Shown here: positions 14,901 to 26,410 of the stretch, in pieces
Numbering within the stretch: the stretch's first letter is position 1
How the letters are laid out: each line of letters begins with the position of its first letter
NCBI RefSeq assembly: GCF_006345805.1
Contig: NC_043011.1
Span: forward strand, 48,806,464-48,870,463
From: Octopus sinensis
Lineage: Eukaryota
Reading direction: 5' to 3'
Length of the DNA: 64,000 nucleotides
The notes under the pieces: model-generated
Database searches by the model: none
What the model saw: the letters and a program-made list of their open reading frames with translations, nothing else
What the model was told of the DNA's origin: nothing
Position numbers and translations under genes: made by a program

Positions 14901-15322
14901 GAATATTAGGATATTTGATAGAGTTATTTTTATACTTTTATTGAGAACATAGATGTCAAGGTTAATAGGATACTAAAGAAGTGCCAAAATGGCTAATGGT
15001 TTTATCTAATCAGTGGTAGTGTTTTACCTCATTTATCACAAGAAAGAGCGGCCTACTGTGTGTCTGTGAAGTCCCTTCCAGTACTTAGTTTTAGTCCTCA
15101 GTTCCCCTTTTGAATGTTTTCAAATTTCAAAATGTAATTTGGGACATAATTCTTTAAGCTGTCAAAGATTTTATTGGTGTTTAAAATCTGGATCATTAAT
15201 GGCAACTTTCCCGTTTTTTAATGTTTTACTTGACATTTTGATTACTCCATTGAAGAATAAGGATTTCAATTGTGAAAACCCTGCATTTTCAAAAAATAAA
15301 TAAATAAAAAATGGTTAGAATA

Positions 15323-15880
15323 GGCACAGGTGTGGCTGTGTGGTAAGAAGTTTTCAGTGGTGAGCTGGCAGAATCGTTAGCACGCCGGGCGAAATGCTTA
15401 GCGGTATTTCATCTGCCTCTACATTCTGAGTTCAAATTCCGCTGAGGTCGATATAATCCACTGGGGTCGATATAATCAACTTAATCCGTCTGTCTGTCCT
15501 TGTTTGTCCTCCCTGTGTTTAGCTCCTTGTGGGTAGTAAAGAAATAGGTATTTCGTCTGCCGTTACGCTCTGAGTTCAAATTTCGCCGAGGTTGACTTTG
15601 CCTTTCATCCTTTTGGGGTCGATTAAATAAGTACCAGTTACACAATGGGGGTCGATGTAATCGACTTAATGTCCTTGTTTGTCCCCTCTATGTTTAACCC
15701 CTTGTGGGCAATAAAGCAAAAGGAAGTTTTCTTCCCAGCCACATGATCCTAAGTTCAGTCCCACTAAGTGGCACCTTCTATCATAGCCTCAGGTTGACCT
15801 AAGACTTGTGAGTGGATTTCACAAATAGAAACTGAAGGAAGCCTTTCGTGTGTGTGAATGTGGCTGTGTGCATATGTGTT
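15323..15880 (+). mobile_element. SINE family A interrupted by SINE family B (15356-15722)
   Basis: Family A head is split; GAAGTTTTC is duplicated at 15347 and 15723. Confidence 0.8.
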
Positions 15881-15966
15881 AATGTTTGTCTTTATGTTCA
15901 GTAATACCAAAAACAATTTTACGTTCATCTGATGGGTTACTCTATACTTCTGTAGGGTAGAAATTT

Positions 15967-16103
15967 ATTATTCTTATACAAGAATGTTGTTGACAGTCAC
16001 TTCGAAGTTTCTATCAACAAACACCCATCATTGGCAGTCTGATGATGGTTTAGCTGGTTGAAACTTCAAAGACAATGTCATAAAAATTCTTGTTTAAGAA
16101 TAA
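15967..16103. repeat. Short degenerate foldback with CTGATGA...GAAAC remnant
   Basis: Arms ATTATTCTTATACAAGAAT / ATTCTTGTTTAAGAATAAT; CTGATGA at 16039, GAAAC at 16060. Confidence 0.6.
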
Positions 16104-16125
16104 TATATATATATGCGTATATGGC

Positions 16126-16694
16126 TACAGGACATCACCAATGGTGCATATAACATGAAATACGTAAACAATGAGAAAAGATGGAAAACAGGACAAGTAA
16201 ACACAGAGAAAGGGCCCTTCATCAGCTGTCAGCTGTCTATCTTCTCCTCATTTTGGGCATTCAATGATAATATTATCATTGAATTCGTTACGTCTTACAT
16301 AGAAACAGCTGTATACTAATCAAGTTCATAAGATAATAATTTATGTTTCTGTCATCTCTCTTTCTTATAAGAAAACATATCTAAACATAAATTGGCTAAA
16401 CAACAGTTGAAAGAAGAGTGCTCAGAGAATGCAAACCTCTGCCAAGGCAACACCAATATCCTCTCAACAATTAGCCAGTGATGACTTTAATAACGAGAAG
16501 ACAGTTGGTCCCATAAATTCTAAAATAAGATTTAGGATTTATGGAGAGGTCAAAGCTGGGAGGCCGACAACTGATGGACGGTCCTTTCTTTGTGTTTACT
16601 TGTCCTGCTTTCCATTTTTTTCCCCGTTTGTTTACATATTTAACTCATTTGGTTACGTATTTCAAGTTATTTGCACCATTGGTGACGTCCTGTA
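16126..16694. repeat. Inverted repeat pair (16126-16230 / 16566-16694)
   Basis: TACAGGACATCACCAATGGTGCA... pairs with ...TGCACCATTGGTGACGTCCTGTA. Confidence 0.8.
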
Positions 16695-16708
16695 CTCATG
16701 TATGCATG

Positions 16709-16741
<33 letters not shown>

Positions 16742-16743
<2 letters not shown>

Positions 16744-17236
16744 TAATAGTTATCACCAAGCTAATATGGCAGTCCAGAAATATAGGATGAATGCTGCCGT
16801 TGATTAGCTCCAAGAGGCCTTTGCTTCTGCTAGCTATGTGACACACGAACCTGTGTCCATTATAATTTTCGAACAGGGGAAGTCAGCCGCTTTCCTTTGC
16901 TAGTCAGGCATCTGCAGACTAGTTTCAGGGTATCTGCTCTTTATCAATGCAGAGCAGCTGAACCCAGCAGGTATCGCTACTGATCATCTGTTTGAAGGAA
17001 TATTTCTCTGTTTGAAGCTTATAATGGACACAGGTTCGTTTGTCACATAGCTAGCTAGAGGCGATGGCCTCTTGGAGCAAATCAATGACAGCATTCGTCC
17101 TATAGTTCTGGACTGCCATATTAGCTTGGTGATAACTATTAATATCCAGTACCGCTGCCATAGTCTCCTTTAGAGAGACTTAGAAATATTAATATTTATA
17201 TATATATATATATATTTATTTTTCCAAGTGTGTGTG

Positions 17237-17308
<72 letters not shown>

Positions 17309-17805
17309 ATTAATAGTTATCACCAAGCTAATATGGCAGTCCAGAAATATAGGATGAATGCTGCCGTTGATTAGCTCCAAGAGGCCTTTGCTTCTGCTAG
17401 CTATGTGACACACGAACCTGTGTCCATTATAATTTTCGAACAGGGGAAGTCAGCCGCTTTCCTTTGCTGGTCAGGCATCTGCAGACTAGTTTCAGGGTAT
17501 TTGCTCTTTATCAATGCAGAGAAGCTGAACCCAGCAGGTGTCGCTACTGATCATCTGTTTGAAGGAATATTTCTCTGTTCGAAGCTTATAATGGACACAG
17601 GTTCGTGTGTCACATAGCTAGCTAGAGGTGATGGCCTCTTGGAGCTCATCAATGGCAGCATTCGTCCTATATTTCTGGACTGCCATATTAGCTTGGTGAT
17701 AACTATTAATATCCAGTACCGCTGCCGTAGTCTCCTTTAGAGAGACTTAGAAATATTAATATTTATATATATATATATATATATTTATTTTTCCAAGTGT
17801 GTGTG

Positions 17806-17869
<64 letters not shown>

Positions 17870-18325
17870 ATTAATAGTTATCACCAAGCTAATATGGCAG
17901 TCCAGAAATATAGGATGAATGCTGCCGTTGATTAGCTCCAAGAGGCCTTTGCTTCTGCTAGCTATGTGACACACGAACCTGTGTCCATTATAATTTTCGA
18001 ACAGGGGAAGTCAGCCGCTTTCCTTTGCTGGTCAGGCATCTGCAGACTAGTTTCAGGGTATCTGCTCTTTATCAATGCAGAGCAGCTGAACCCAGCAGGT
18101 ATCGCTACTGATCATCTGTTTGAAGGAATATTTCTCTGTTTGAAGCTTATAATGGACACAGGTTCGTGTGTCACATAGCTAGCTAGAGGTGATGGCCTCT
18201 TGGAGCTCATCAATGGCAGCATTCGTCCTATAGTTCTGGACTGCCATATTAGCTTGGTGATAACTATTAATATCCAGTACCGCTGCCATAGTCTCCTTTA
18301 GAGAGACTTAGAAATATTAATATTT
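16742..18325. repeat. Three tandem copies (about 565-bp period) of a 400-bp foldback element with ~125-bp inverted arms
   Basis: Copies start at 16742, 17309, 17870; ends ATTAATAGTTATCACCAAGCT / AGCTTGGTGATAACTATTAAT; separated by (TA)n. Confidence 0.95.
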
Positions 18326-18370
18326 ATATATATATATATATATATTTTTCCAAGTGTGTGTGTATATATA

Positions 18371-18433
<63 letters not shown>

Positions 18434-18889
18434 CCAAGGTATTTCTTCAGCTGGCCTTCTGATTCTACCATCCAAAATATAATTCAAAAATATTGCAAAG
18501 GTGAAAAGTCAACCTCCTCTACCACTTCTCTTCACGTTGAGTTCCTTCAATTAAACAGAGTTTTTTATTTGTCTTCCTGAAAATCAAGAGTAATATATTT
18601 TTTTTAGAAATTCACTTTTAACAAACAATGAAGTCCTATTATCACTTGTATTAAGCAGAGATAAATAAGAAAGTGCATCTGCTGTTTTCTTCCTTCCAAA
18701 ATATCCGATGCTGAGGGCTGTTTATACACTGTTATTTATTTCTATTGTATAATGATGACAATTCATAATGCGTGTTTGTGTGTGTATGGTACCTATGTGT
18801 GTTTTTCATTGATAAATGTGTGTGTGTTATTGTCTATGTGTGTGTTTCTGTGTGTGTGTGTGTGTGTGTTATTGTCTATGTGTGTGTTT

Positions 18890-18921
<32 letters not shown>

Positions 18922-19249
18922 CTATATTTGTGTGCAACATATATGAAGATACGATTATTGATTAGGTATATATTGATAATTGTGTCAGTTGAGTTTCAAT
19001 ATATGCGTGTGAGAAAGAGAGAGAATTGAGAAAACAAGTTGTGTAGTTGGCTAAGTGGCTGAGAAGTTTGTTTACAACCATGGCATTCTAGGTTCAATCC
19101 TTCTGAAAGGAATGTTGACGAACTGTATTCTACCCTAGCATCAGTGGGTAGACCAAAGCTTTGTAAATGTAACTGGATTGACAGAAACAGATGAACTATA
19201 CCAGTAATTCACTGAGCAGCTTTGTGACTTACTATGCCATACTTAATTT

Positions 19250-19440
19250 CTTATTTCATTATTGCCCACAGAGCGCTAAACATAGAGGGGACAAACAAGG
19301 ACAGACAAATGGATTAAGTCGATAACATCGATCTGAGTGTGTAACTGGTACTTAATTTATTGACCCCGAAAGGATGAAAGGCAAAGTCGACCTCTTTGGA
19401 ACTTGAACTCAGAAAGTAACGGCAGATGAAATACCTAAAT
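19250..19440 (-). mobile_element. SINE family B fragment
   Basis: Contains the reverse complement of GTCGACTTTGCCTTTCATCCTTTCGGGGTC. Confidence 0.85.
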
Positions 19441-19704
19441 GCAATGTCATGGAGAAGGCTAGCCACTGGATTTGGTTAAAAAGAGACGATGAGCGTTGGC
19501 TAGAAGAATATTGAGCTTAACTTCATAACCAGCTGATCTAGCAAGCGGGGCCTCATATCAGTGAGGGGAGCCGGTGCGCATTGATGCTGTTGAGAGGTAG
19601 GCCCCGAAACGGCGCGCATTCTCTCCTGATGACCCCATACACTTGTGGGCTTCCGGTATACGGAGCTTTTGACTGGCAGTACTTGCATGTGCAAGTTGTT
19701 TGCA

Positions 19705-20235
19705 AGACATCCAGTTTGAATATGCCAGTGGAAAATTTGAACTCATAAACAAGCCATTCATTGTGTGGAGAAAATTGGAGAAAATGTCTCATTGTAGACA
19801 CCTAAATCAGCTCGCAGTGCCACCTATCCAGATTGTGAGGTGCTGGCGTTTCAGAGCTTACCTCCTCTTCAGTCACAGAAACCAGAAATCTCTTTTATGT
19901 TATTCCAGTGGTCATACGTTGGCTGGTAGGGCTAATAGGCAACTAACCATAAATGAATTATGAGGCAGGTGTGCTGAGCAGTGAGGTGAATAAATTTAAT
20001 ATTATTAACAGTTCGAATATGTCAGTGATGGGTTTGAACTCGTAATCATTCACAGTTGTTTTGTTATAGAGAAAACTTTTCACTGTAGACAAATGGTGTA
20101 AATACACCTAAATCAGCTTGCAGCACCACCTATTCAGACTGAGATGCAAACATTTTGGAGTGGTTATCTCCCCTTCAGCTACAGAGACTACATGGTGGCA
20201 CAGTGAACTGATGAGAGAGACAATCTCTCTTATCA
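19705..20235 (-). mobile_element. Repeat family H3, two further copies with decayed HHRs (19833-19878, 20138-20184)
   Basis: Homologous to 12961-13200; 19833-19878 retains CTGAAGA-GGAG...CTCT-GAAAC. Confidence 0.75.
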
Positions 20236-20244
20236 TCATCATCA

Positions 20245-20495
20245 TTGTTCGACCGTGGTTGAGACAATGGAATTTACCATGCTACGCCAGACTTCACGGT
20301 CCATTATAGCATTATGGAGGTCCTGTTGCTGGATGCCTGTATCCCTGGAGATTACATCAGGGTAGGAGAGTGTGTGCCCTCTGGTATTGGGAGTAGATGG
20401 CTTCCAAAGGAGAAGAGTAGAAATTGTCTCGTTTTCAGCTCTACAACAATGTCCAGCAAACTGGACTCTCCTACCTTTCCACAAGAGATGACACA
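20245..20495 (-). mobile_element. Non-LTR retrotransposon C-terminal fragment (RTE-like)
   Basis: RRVQFAGHCCR...LLLWKP...DVISRDTG...DREVWR, followed by a (GAT)n tail. Confidence 0.75.
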
Positions 20496-21158
20496 GGTGG
20501 TAGTTTCCCAGGTGGTAGCATCTCTCTTATGCTATTCCAGTTGTCATACATCAGCTGGTGGAACTAATCATCTACAGCAAGTAGTTTTATGAACTGGTAA
20601 TAAACATTGCAAGTGAGGGATAGCCACAGAAATGGTCGCTGGTAAGACTGTGATAAGGAGTGATAAATACACATTTCATCAATCAATTATTCTTTAACTA
20701 AAGGAACTGACAATCAAAGAAAACAAGCATCACAGCAAAAAGAGTAAGAGGTTGATCTCTAGAAGCACAGAAGGCTGAGGTTAAGAAAGTAAGGATTGTT
20801 GATAGAGAGTTAAGCTGAAGGGAGAAGTATTATGATGCGAATGCAGCACATGTACTGGAGGGAGAGAGAGAGTTGTGGGGTGTATTGGATAGCGTAAGAT
20901 CTGATGCAACCTGAATTTCTCTTGGTTTATGATGGAGGGTGTGTGTGAAACACTAGACAATTGATGATGGATAAATAATGATCACAGGGGGGGAAAGTAG
21001 GAAGTTAGCAACTTAGAAAGGTACAGTAGGGTGCTGAAAAGATCCTGACTTTAAAGGTTATCATGAATGACCTGGCTAGAGGCATACTCATACACATGTC
21101 AGTGCATATACACACATGCATACAAACAAACATACATACATGTATATCTACGTATGTA

Positions 21159-21189
<31 letters not shown>

Positions 21190-21436
21190 GCATAAACATA
21201 TATACAACAAGAGTAAAGAGCATGCGGTATATAAAGTAAGTTTCAAGTTAAAAATTACGTAGTAGAATTGCTTCTAGATAACTCCACCAATATCTATCCA
21301 TTGTTCCTTGTGTTGTGTGGGAAACAGTTTACTAATAGAATGGCAGGAAAAGGGATACATGTAAACATATATTGTATGTATTTATATATACATATATTGT
21401 ATGTATTTATATATATATGTGTCTATATATTAAATA

Positions 21437-21513
<77 letters not shown>

Positions 21514-21623
21514 TGTATGTTTTTATATATATATATGTATTTATATATATGTATATATATATTGTATGTATTTATATATATTATATGTATTTATATATAT
21601 GTATATATATATATTGTATGTAT

Positions 21624-21670
<47 letters not shown>

Positions 21671-22128
21671 ACTAGCAAAGCTGTCAATATAATACACATT
21701 TCATCAATCAATTATTCTTTAACTAAAGGAACAGACAATCAAAGAAAACAAGCATCACAGCAAAACAAAAAAAAAAATTTAAATAACAAATCTTAGTCTC
21801 TATACATTCGTTCACCTAAAGAAAAAGTGAAATGAAAAAAATAAAATCAAAAAAGTAACTTAACAAGGATAAACAAAAGTAGAACATATAAAAAAATATT
21901 CTGTTTTCCCTGGAGCTAAAATATTGAAGGTTCGGCATACATTTAAACACCCACATACATCATATACATTATATATGAATTTCCATATACATGTGTGTGT
22001 ATGCGTTTATGGATGTATTTTTTGTGTATATATATGTGTGTATAAACATATGTGTGTATCTACATATATGTGTGTATAAATACAATTATATATATATACA
22101 AATACATACATATATATCACCATCATCA

Positions 22129-22425
22129 TCACGTGACCGACCAGTCCATCAGATGTAGTTACACATCGCTGGTCACAATGCGTTTGCATTGTTTTAGCCT
22201 TCGAATGACGCCACCTCGCTGGCTAAGTGAGCAGGCCAACAGAAGAAAGAGTGGGAGAAAGAGTGGTGAAAGAGTACAGCAGGGATCACCACCCCCTGCT
22301 GGAGCCTCGTGGAGCTTTTAGGTGTTTTCATTCAATAAACACTCACAACGCCCGGTCTGGGAATCGAAACCGCGATCCTACGACCGCGAGTCCGCTGCCC
22401 TAACCACTAGGCCATTGCGCCTCCA
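22129..22425 (-). mobile_element. SINE family C, full length, CpG-rich (young-looking)
   Basis: Reverse complement starts TGGAGGCGCAATGGCCTAGTGGTTAGGGCAGCGGACTCGCGGTCG...GGTTTCGATTCCC. Confidence 0.9.
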
Positions 22426-22653
22426 CACATACATATATATATAAACAAATAAATGAATATCTTTACTCATGAAGAATGAAAATAATGTGCCTAATTCTAG
22501 GTGTAAATAAATGCTCAAACATGGCAGTCATAATCCTGATTCTTAGTCACCACTTTGTACATAAGGGAAATTTGAATAATCTAAATTCAAATTACAATGA
22601 ACGTAAACAAACAAGCGACGTTTGCTTTAGAAGCGTTGAGATGTCTTAGAAAA

Positions 22654-23033
22654 TTAAAGAAGTGTATTTTAAATTCTCAAACGTAGGATAATGCTAACAA
22701 TATAGCTTGAACAGGATAAGCTACCCCTATTTTGCAGAAAAATGTATTAATGGCTGGCTATGAGACTCGAACTCACACCTCCATAATTATGTGCTGCGGT
22801 ACTCTGAACCATTAAGCTACACTGCCCACACCACAAATTCTTCCGCAAATTTAAGATATATAGAAATCTCGCTTTATGAGACACTCAGAGCACTGCAATG
22901 CTCTGGGAGGTGTGAGTTTGAGTTTCATAGCTGGCCGCCAACATATTTTTCTGCAAAATAGGGGTAGCTTATTCTATTCAGGCTACATTATTGGCATTAT
23001 CCTGCATTTGAGAATTTAAAATCACTTCTTTAA
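22654..23033. mobile_element. Foldback element with central tRNA-like heads
   Basis: Arms TTAAAGAAGTG...AAATTCTCAAA / TTTGAGAATTT...CACTTCTTTAA; minus strand 22752-22827 carries TAGCTTAATGG (A box) and GAGTTCGAGTC (B box). Confidence 0.75.
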
Positions 23034-23237
23034 ATATTCTGGAATTAAATATCAAATAAAAATATTATATATTTGGATACATCCTAAAAATGTGATGTCA
23101 GTATGGTTTGTCAATTCTGGTGTGCCAAAATCGACTTGAAGTTCCATTTGATAACTGAATCTTAAATAAAGAGGGATTCCTCTTCTTCAGTGGCACATGA
23201 AATATGAGTGCTTTCATTTCCACTAAAAGATTTTGCT

Positions 23238-23385
23238 TAACCCTTTAGCATTTAAACTGCCCTTATCCGGTCAAATATTTCTACATGTTTTATGTTGAAA
23301 TTGGCCAGGTCAGGCCTCTGCTATCTACCCTGCGATGTCATTCAAGAAATAAACAATTATATCATCTGAGCATGATCATTGCCAG
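23238..23385 (+). mobile_element. Possible piggyBac-like MITE fragment
   Basis: Begins TTAACCCTTTAGCATTTAAAC; related segment at 42405-42545. Confidence 0.4.
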
Positions 23386-23712
23386 AGCAGCTAACTGGCT
23401 TCCATGCCAGTGGTATGTAAAAAGCACCATTCCATTGTTATCGTTAGCGGCGCTGCCATACTGGCACTTGTGCAGGTGACATGTGACAAAACATTTGAGC
23501 AAGGTCATTTCCAGTGCTGCTGGACTGGCTCTTGTGCAGGTGGCACATAAAAAACACCATTTGAGCATGGCCATTGCCAGTGCCACCTGACTGGCCCTCG
23601 TGCTGGTAGCATGTAAAAGCACCCACTACACTCTCGGGGTGGTTGGCGTTAGGAAGGGCATGCAGCTGTAGAAACTCTACCGGATCAGATTGGAGCCTGG
23701 TGCTCATCATCA
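23385..23712 (+). mobile_element. RTE-type 3' tail repeat
   Basis: AAAAGCACCCACTACACTCTC...GGAAGGGCAT...GTAGAAAC, shared with 34900-35090 and 63560-63745. Confidence 0.75.
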
Positions 23713-23925
23713 TCAAAATCTCAAAGCAACAAGATAATGCTTGATTAATTAAAAACAATACCAATTAATATGTATTACATTTGAGAAAATAATCTGAATA
23801 CAAGAGAGTTAAACCCGAATTTTTCATTACACTCCATATTGAATGTTACTGTCTTTCAGACGCTAGATGAATACTAAAAGAGGAGTAATATTCCTTAAAG
23901 CTGGATTCTAAAATAGGAGAGAGAG

Positions 23926-23982
<57 letters not shown>

Positions 23983-24845
23983 TCAAATCAAACCGTTAAA
24001 CAGATAGGCTTTTAAGCCTTTATATCTTTTAGTAATTATTGGGTGGCTCTAACTATATATTTATATACCAAGTCATTAATTAATTCCCATCTAAAGGGTA
24101 ATCAATTTTATGAATTGCAATTTCAAATTACATTATAGCTAAAATCGTTATTAGCCATATCATTATTGCTCATTAAATTTACCTATATTGGAAAAGGTGA
24201 TGTTTTGTGTAAGGTTAAGATAATTTAATGGCATTTTATAATTGAGCAAAATTTCCATTTAATAATTTGTCTTTCAAAATTTATAGTTTATTGTTTAGAA
24301 GAATTTACAGCTAGATGCTGCAGCTTCTAAGGATTATCTCAAGTTAACTGCAAAATCCCTTTAAGTGAGCAAAAGAAGTTTTCACACAAATTTGTCAATA
24401 CATATATCTGATGTTTAACAAATGACAATATCAGAGGCATAAAATCATTTGTAAAAGATATCAAAATATTTTATACCTTACACATAGAATAAAGATGATT
24501 GTAATCTTTATATTTTCAAGAAAAACGATACAGTTCCACAGAAAAGCTTCAAAGTTTTATATCTTCTTCGTACCATAAACTGAAATTTTTATTGAAATTT
24601 TTCAAAATAATAAAATGCTGAACACTAGACAGCCTTCTTTTATGTGTTTGATGTTCCAAACAAATTGAAAATGTTCGTTTGCTAACAGGCATTTCAAGGT
24701 CAGCAGCTTTTTGTTTCATTTCTTCTATAAACACCTGTTGTTTCATTTCTATTGTTCAAGTATTAATTAGACATGAACCCCAGAGTGTCATAATGTTAAG
24801 TTTCAGTTTAGAATATATTATGTATTATACACACATGTGTATATA

Positions 24846-25469
24846 CAGGGTGGCCCAAAAGTAGGTTTACAGTTATCATATAGGCACTTAAAATTTCTTT
24901 TAAAACATTTTATTACATTTAAATTTCTATCTTACAATTAACTAAATTAGCATAGAATAATGGCTTCATTTTTTTTTATGATTAAGATCTAAACTGTTAA
25001 TATAGGAGTGGCTGTGTGGTAAGTAACTTGCTTACGAACCACATGGTTCTGGGTTCAGTCCCACTGCATGGCACCTTGGGCAAGTGTCTTCTACTATAGC
25101 ATTGGGCCGACCAAAGCCTTGTGAGTGGATTTGGTAGACAGAAATTGAATGAAGCCAGTTGTATATATGTATATATATATATATATATAATGTGTGTGCA
25201 TGTGTGTGTGTGTATATTTGTGTGTCTGTGTTTGTCCTCCAACATTGTTTGACAAACGATGCTAGTGTGTATACGTCTCCGTAACTTAGCGGTTCAGCAA
25301 AAGAGACCGATAGAATAAGTATTAGGCTTACAATGAATAAGTCCTGGGGTCGACTTGCTTGACTAAAGGCGGTGCTCCAGCATGGCCGCAGTCAAATGAC
25401 TGAAGTAAAAGAGATATGAATGTGAAAGACATAGTTGAATAACTATAATCCTTCTTTTGAGCCACCCTG
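24846..25469. mobile_element. Tc1/mariner-type MITE containing a nested SINE A (about 25004-25413)
   Basis: TA|CAGGGTGGCCCAAAAGTAGG ... CCTTCTTTTGAGCCACCCTG|TA. Confidence 0.85.
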
Positions 25470-25511
25470 TATAGTTCCACTGGCTGTGTAATGTAAGTGT
25501 ACATATTCAAC

Positions 25512-25760
25512 AGAGTACTAGCGTTTTGAGAGAGAAATTAGTCATAAGAGGACTTAGTTGCTGTGTGCATGAGAGAAGACTGCACTGGTTTGGTAATGTG
25601 ATGAGGATGGATGCTGACAGTTCCATGAAGGAGTGGCAATCTGGGAAACCCAGGAAGACATGGGATGAAGTATTGAAGGACGACCTCAGAACATGGAAAC
25701 TTTCGGGTGAAAAGACAAAGGACTGATATGCCTGGTGCCTTACTGTGTTAAGAATCCACA
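25512..25760 (+). mobile_element. RTE LINE C-terminal fragment
   Basis: LREKL...ERRLHWFGNVMRM...GKPRKTWDEVLKDDL. Confidence 0.85.
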
Positions 25761-25769
25761 CTAGAAGTG

Positions 25770-26020
25770 TAGTATGTATGTATGTACATACATACATACA
25801 TATATATATATACACACACACACAAACATACATACATGCATACATACATACATACATGCATTCATGCATGCCTACATACATACATACATACATACATACA
25901 TACATACATACATACATACATACATACATACATACATACATACATACATACATACATACATACATACATACATACATACATACATACATACATACATACA
26001 TACATACATACATACATACA
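25770..26020. repeat. (TACA)n microsatellite
   Basis: Direct reading. Confidence 0.95.
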
Positions 26021-26170
26021 TAACACACTGCCTAAATATCAGTCTTGAGGAATTAAGCTTCTCAAAACCAGAAAGAACAAAGCTAATTCAAAGACTACAA
26101 ATCCAATCCATCACTGGAACTGTAAAAATCTGTAAAACTTTCCAAAAGTTTATCATTCAAATATATATGA
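26020..26170 (+). mobile_element. 3' end of a non-LTR retrotransposon, probably RLE type
   Basis: ITHCLNISLEELSFSKPERTKLIQRLQIQSITGTVKICKTF resembles the final helix after the RLE motif; assignment from recall. Confidence 0.45.
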
Positions 26171-26171
26171 T

Positions 26172-26410
26172 CATATCTAGATATCCAACTATTGTCAAGC
26201 AATGGTGAGGGACAAACACAGACAGACAGACTCGCACACATATATACACATTGGGCTTCTTCAGTTTCTGTCTACCAAATCCACTCACAAGGCTTTGATC
26301 AGCCTGAGGCTATAGTAGAAGACAGTTGCCCAAAGTGCCACACAGTGGAACTGAACCCTGAACCATGTGGCTGGAAAGGAAGCTTCTTACCACACAGCCA
26401 CACCTGCACC
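26172..26410 (-). mobile_element. SINE family A, internally deleted
   Basis: Homology to other family A copies. Confidence 0.85.

Noticed and set aside
16742-18325. CRISPR-like or tandem gene array; HHR in the arms (GTCC...GGAC-GAA)
   Set aside because: Eukaryotic context with no short repeat-spacer structure. The 70-aa ORFs span palindromic arms. No CTGAnGA core precedes the GTCC/GGAC hairpin.
22752-22827. Functional tRNA genes (also SINE heads at 611, 2520, 22425, 42776)
   Set aside because: Acceptor and anticodon stems do not pair fully, and each is fused to a repeat body; tRNA-derived only.
24549-24746. Coding-looking minus-strand ORF EEMKQKAADLEMPVSKR...
   Set aside because: No credible acceptor or donor and no recognisable motif; cannot be supported.
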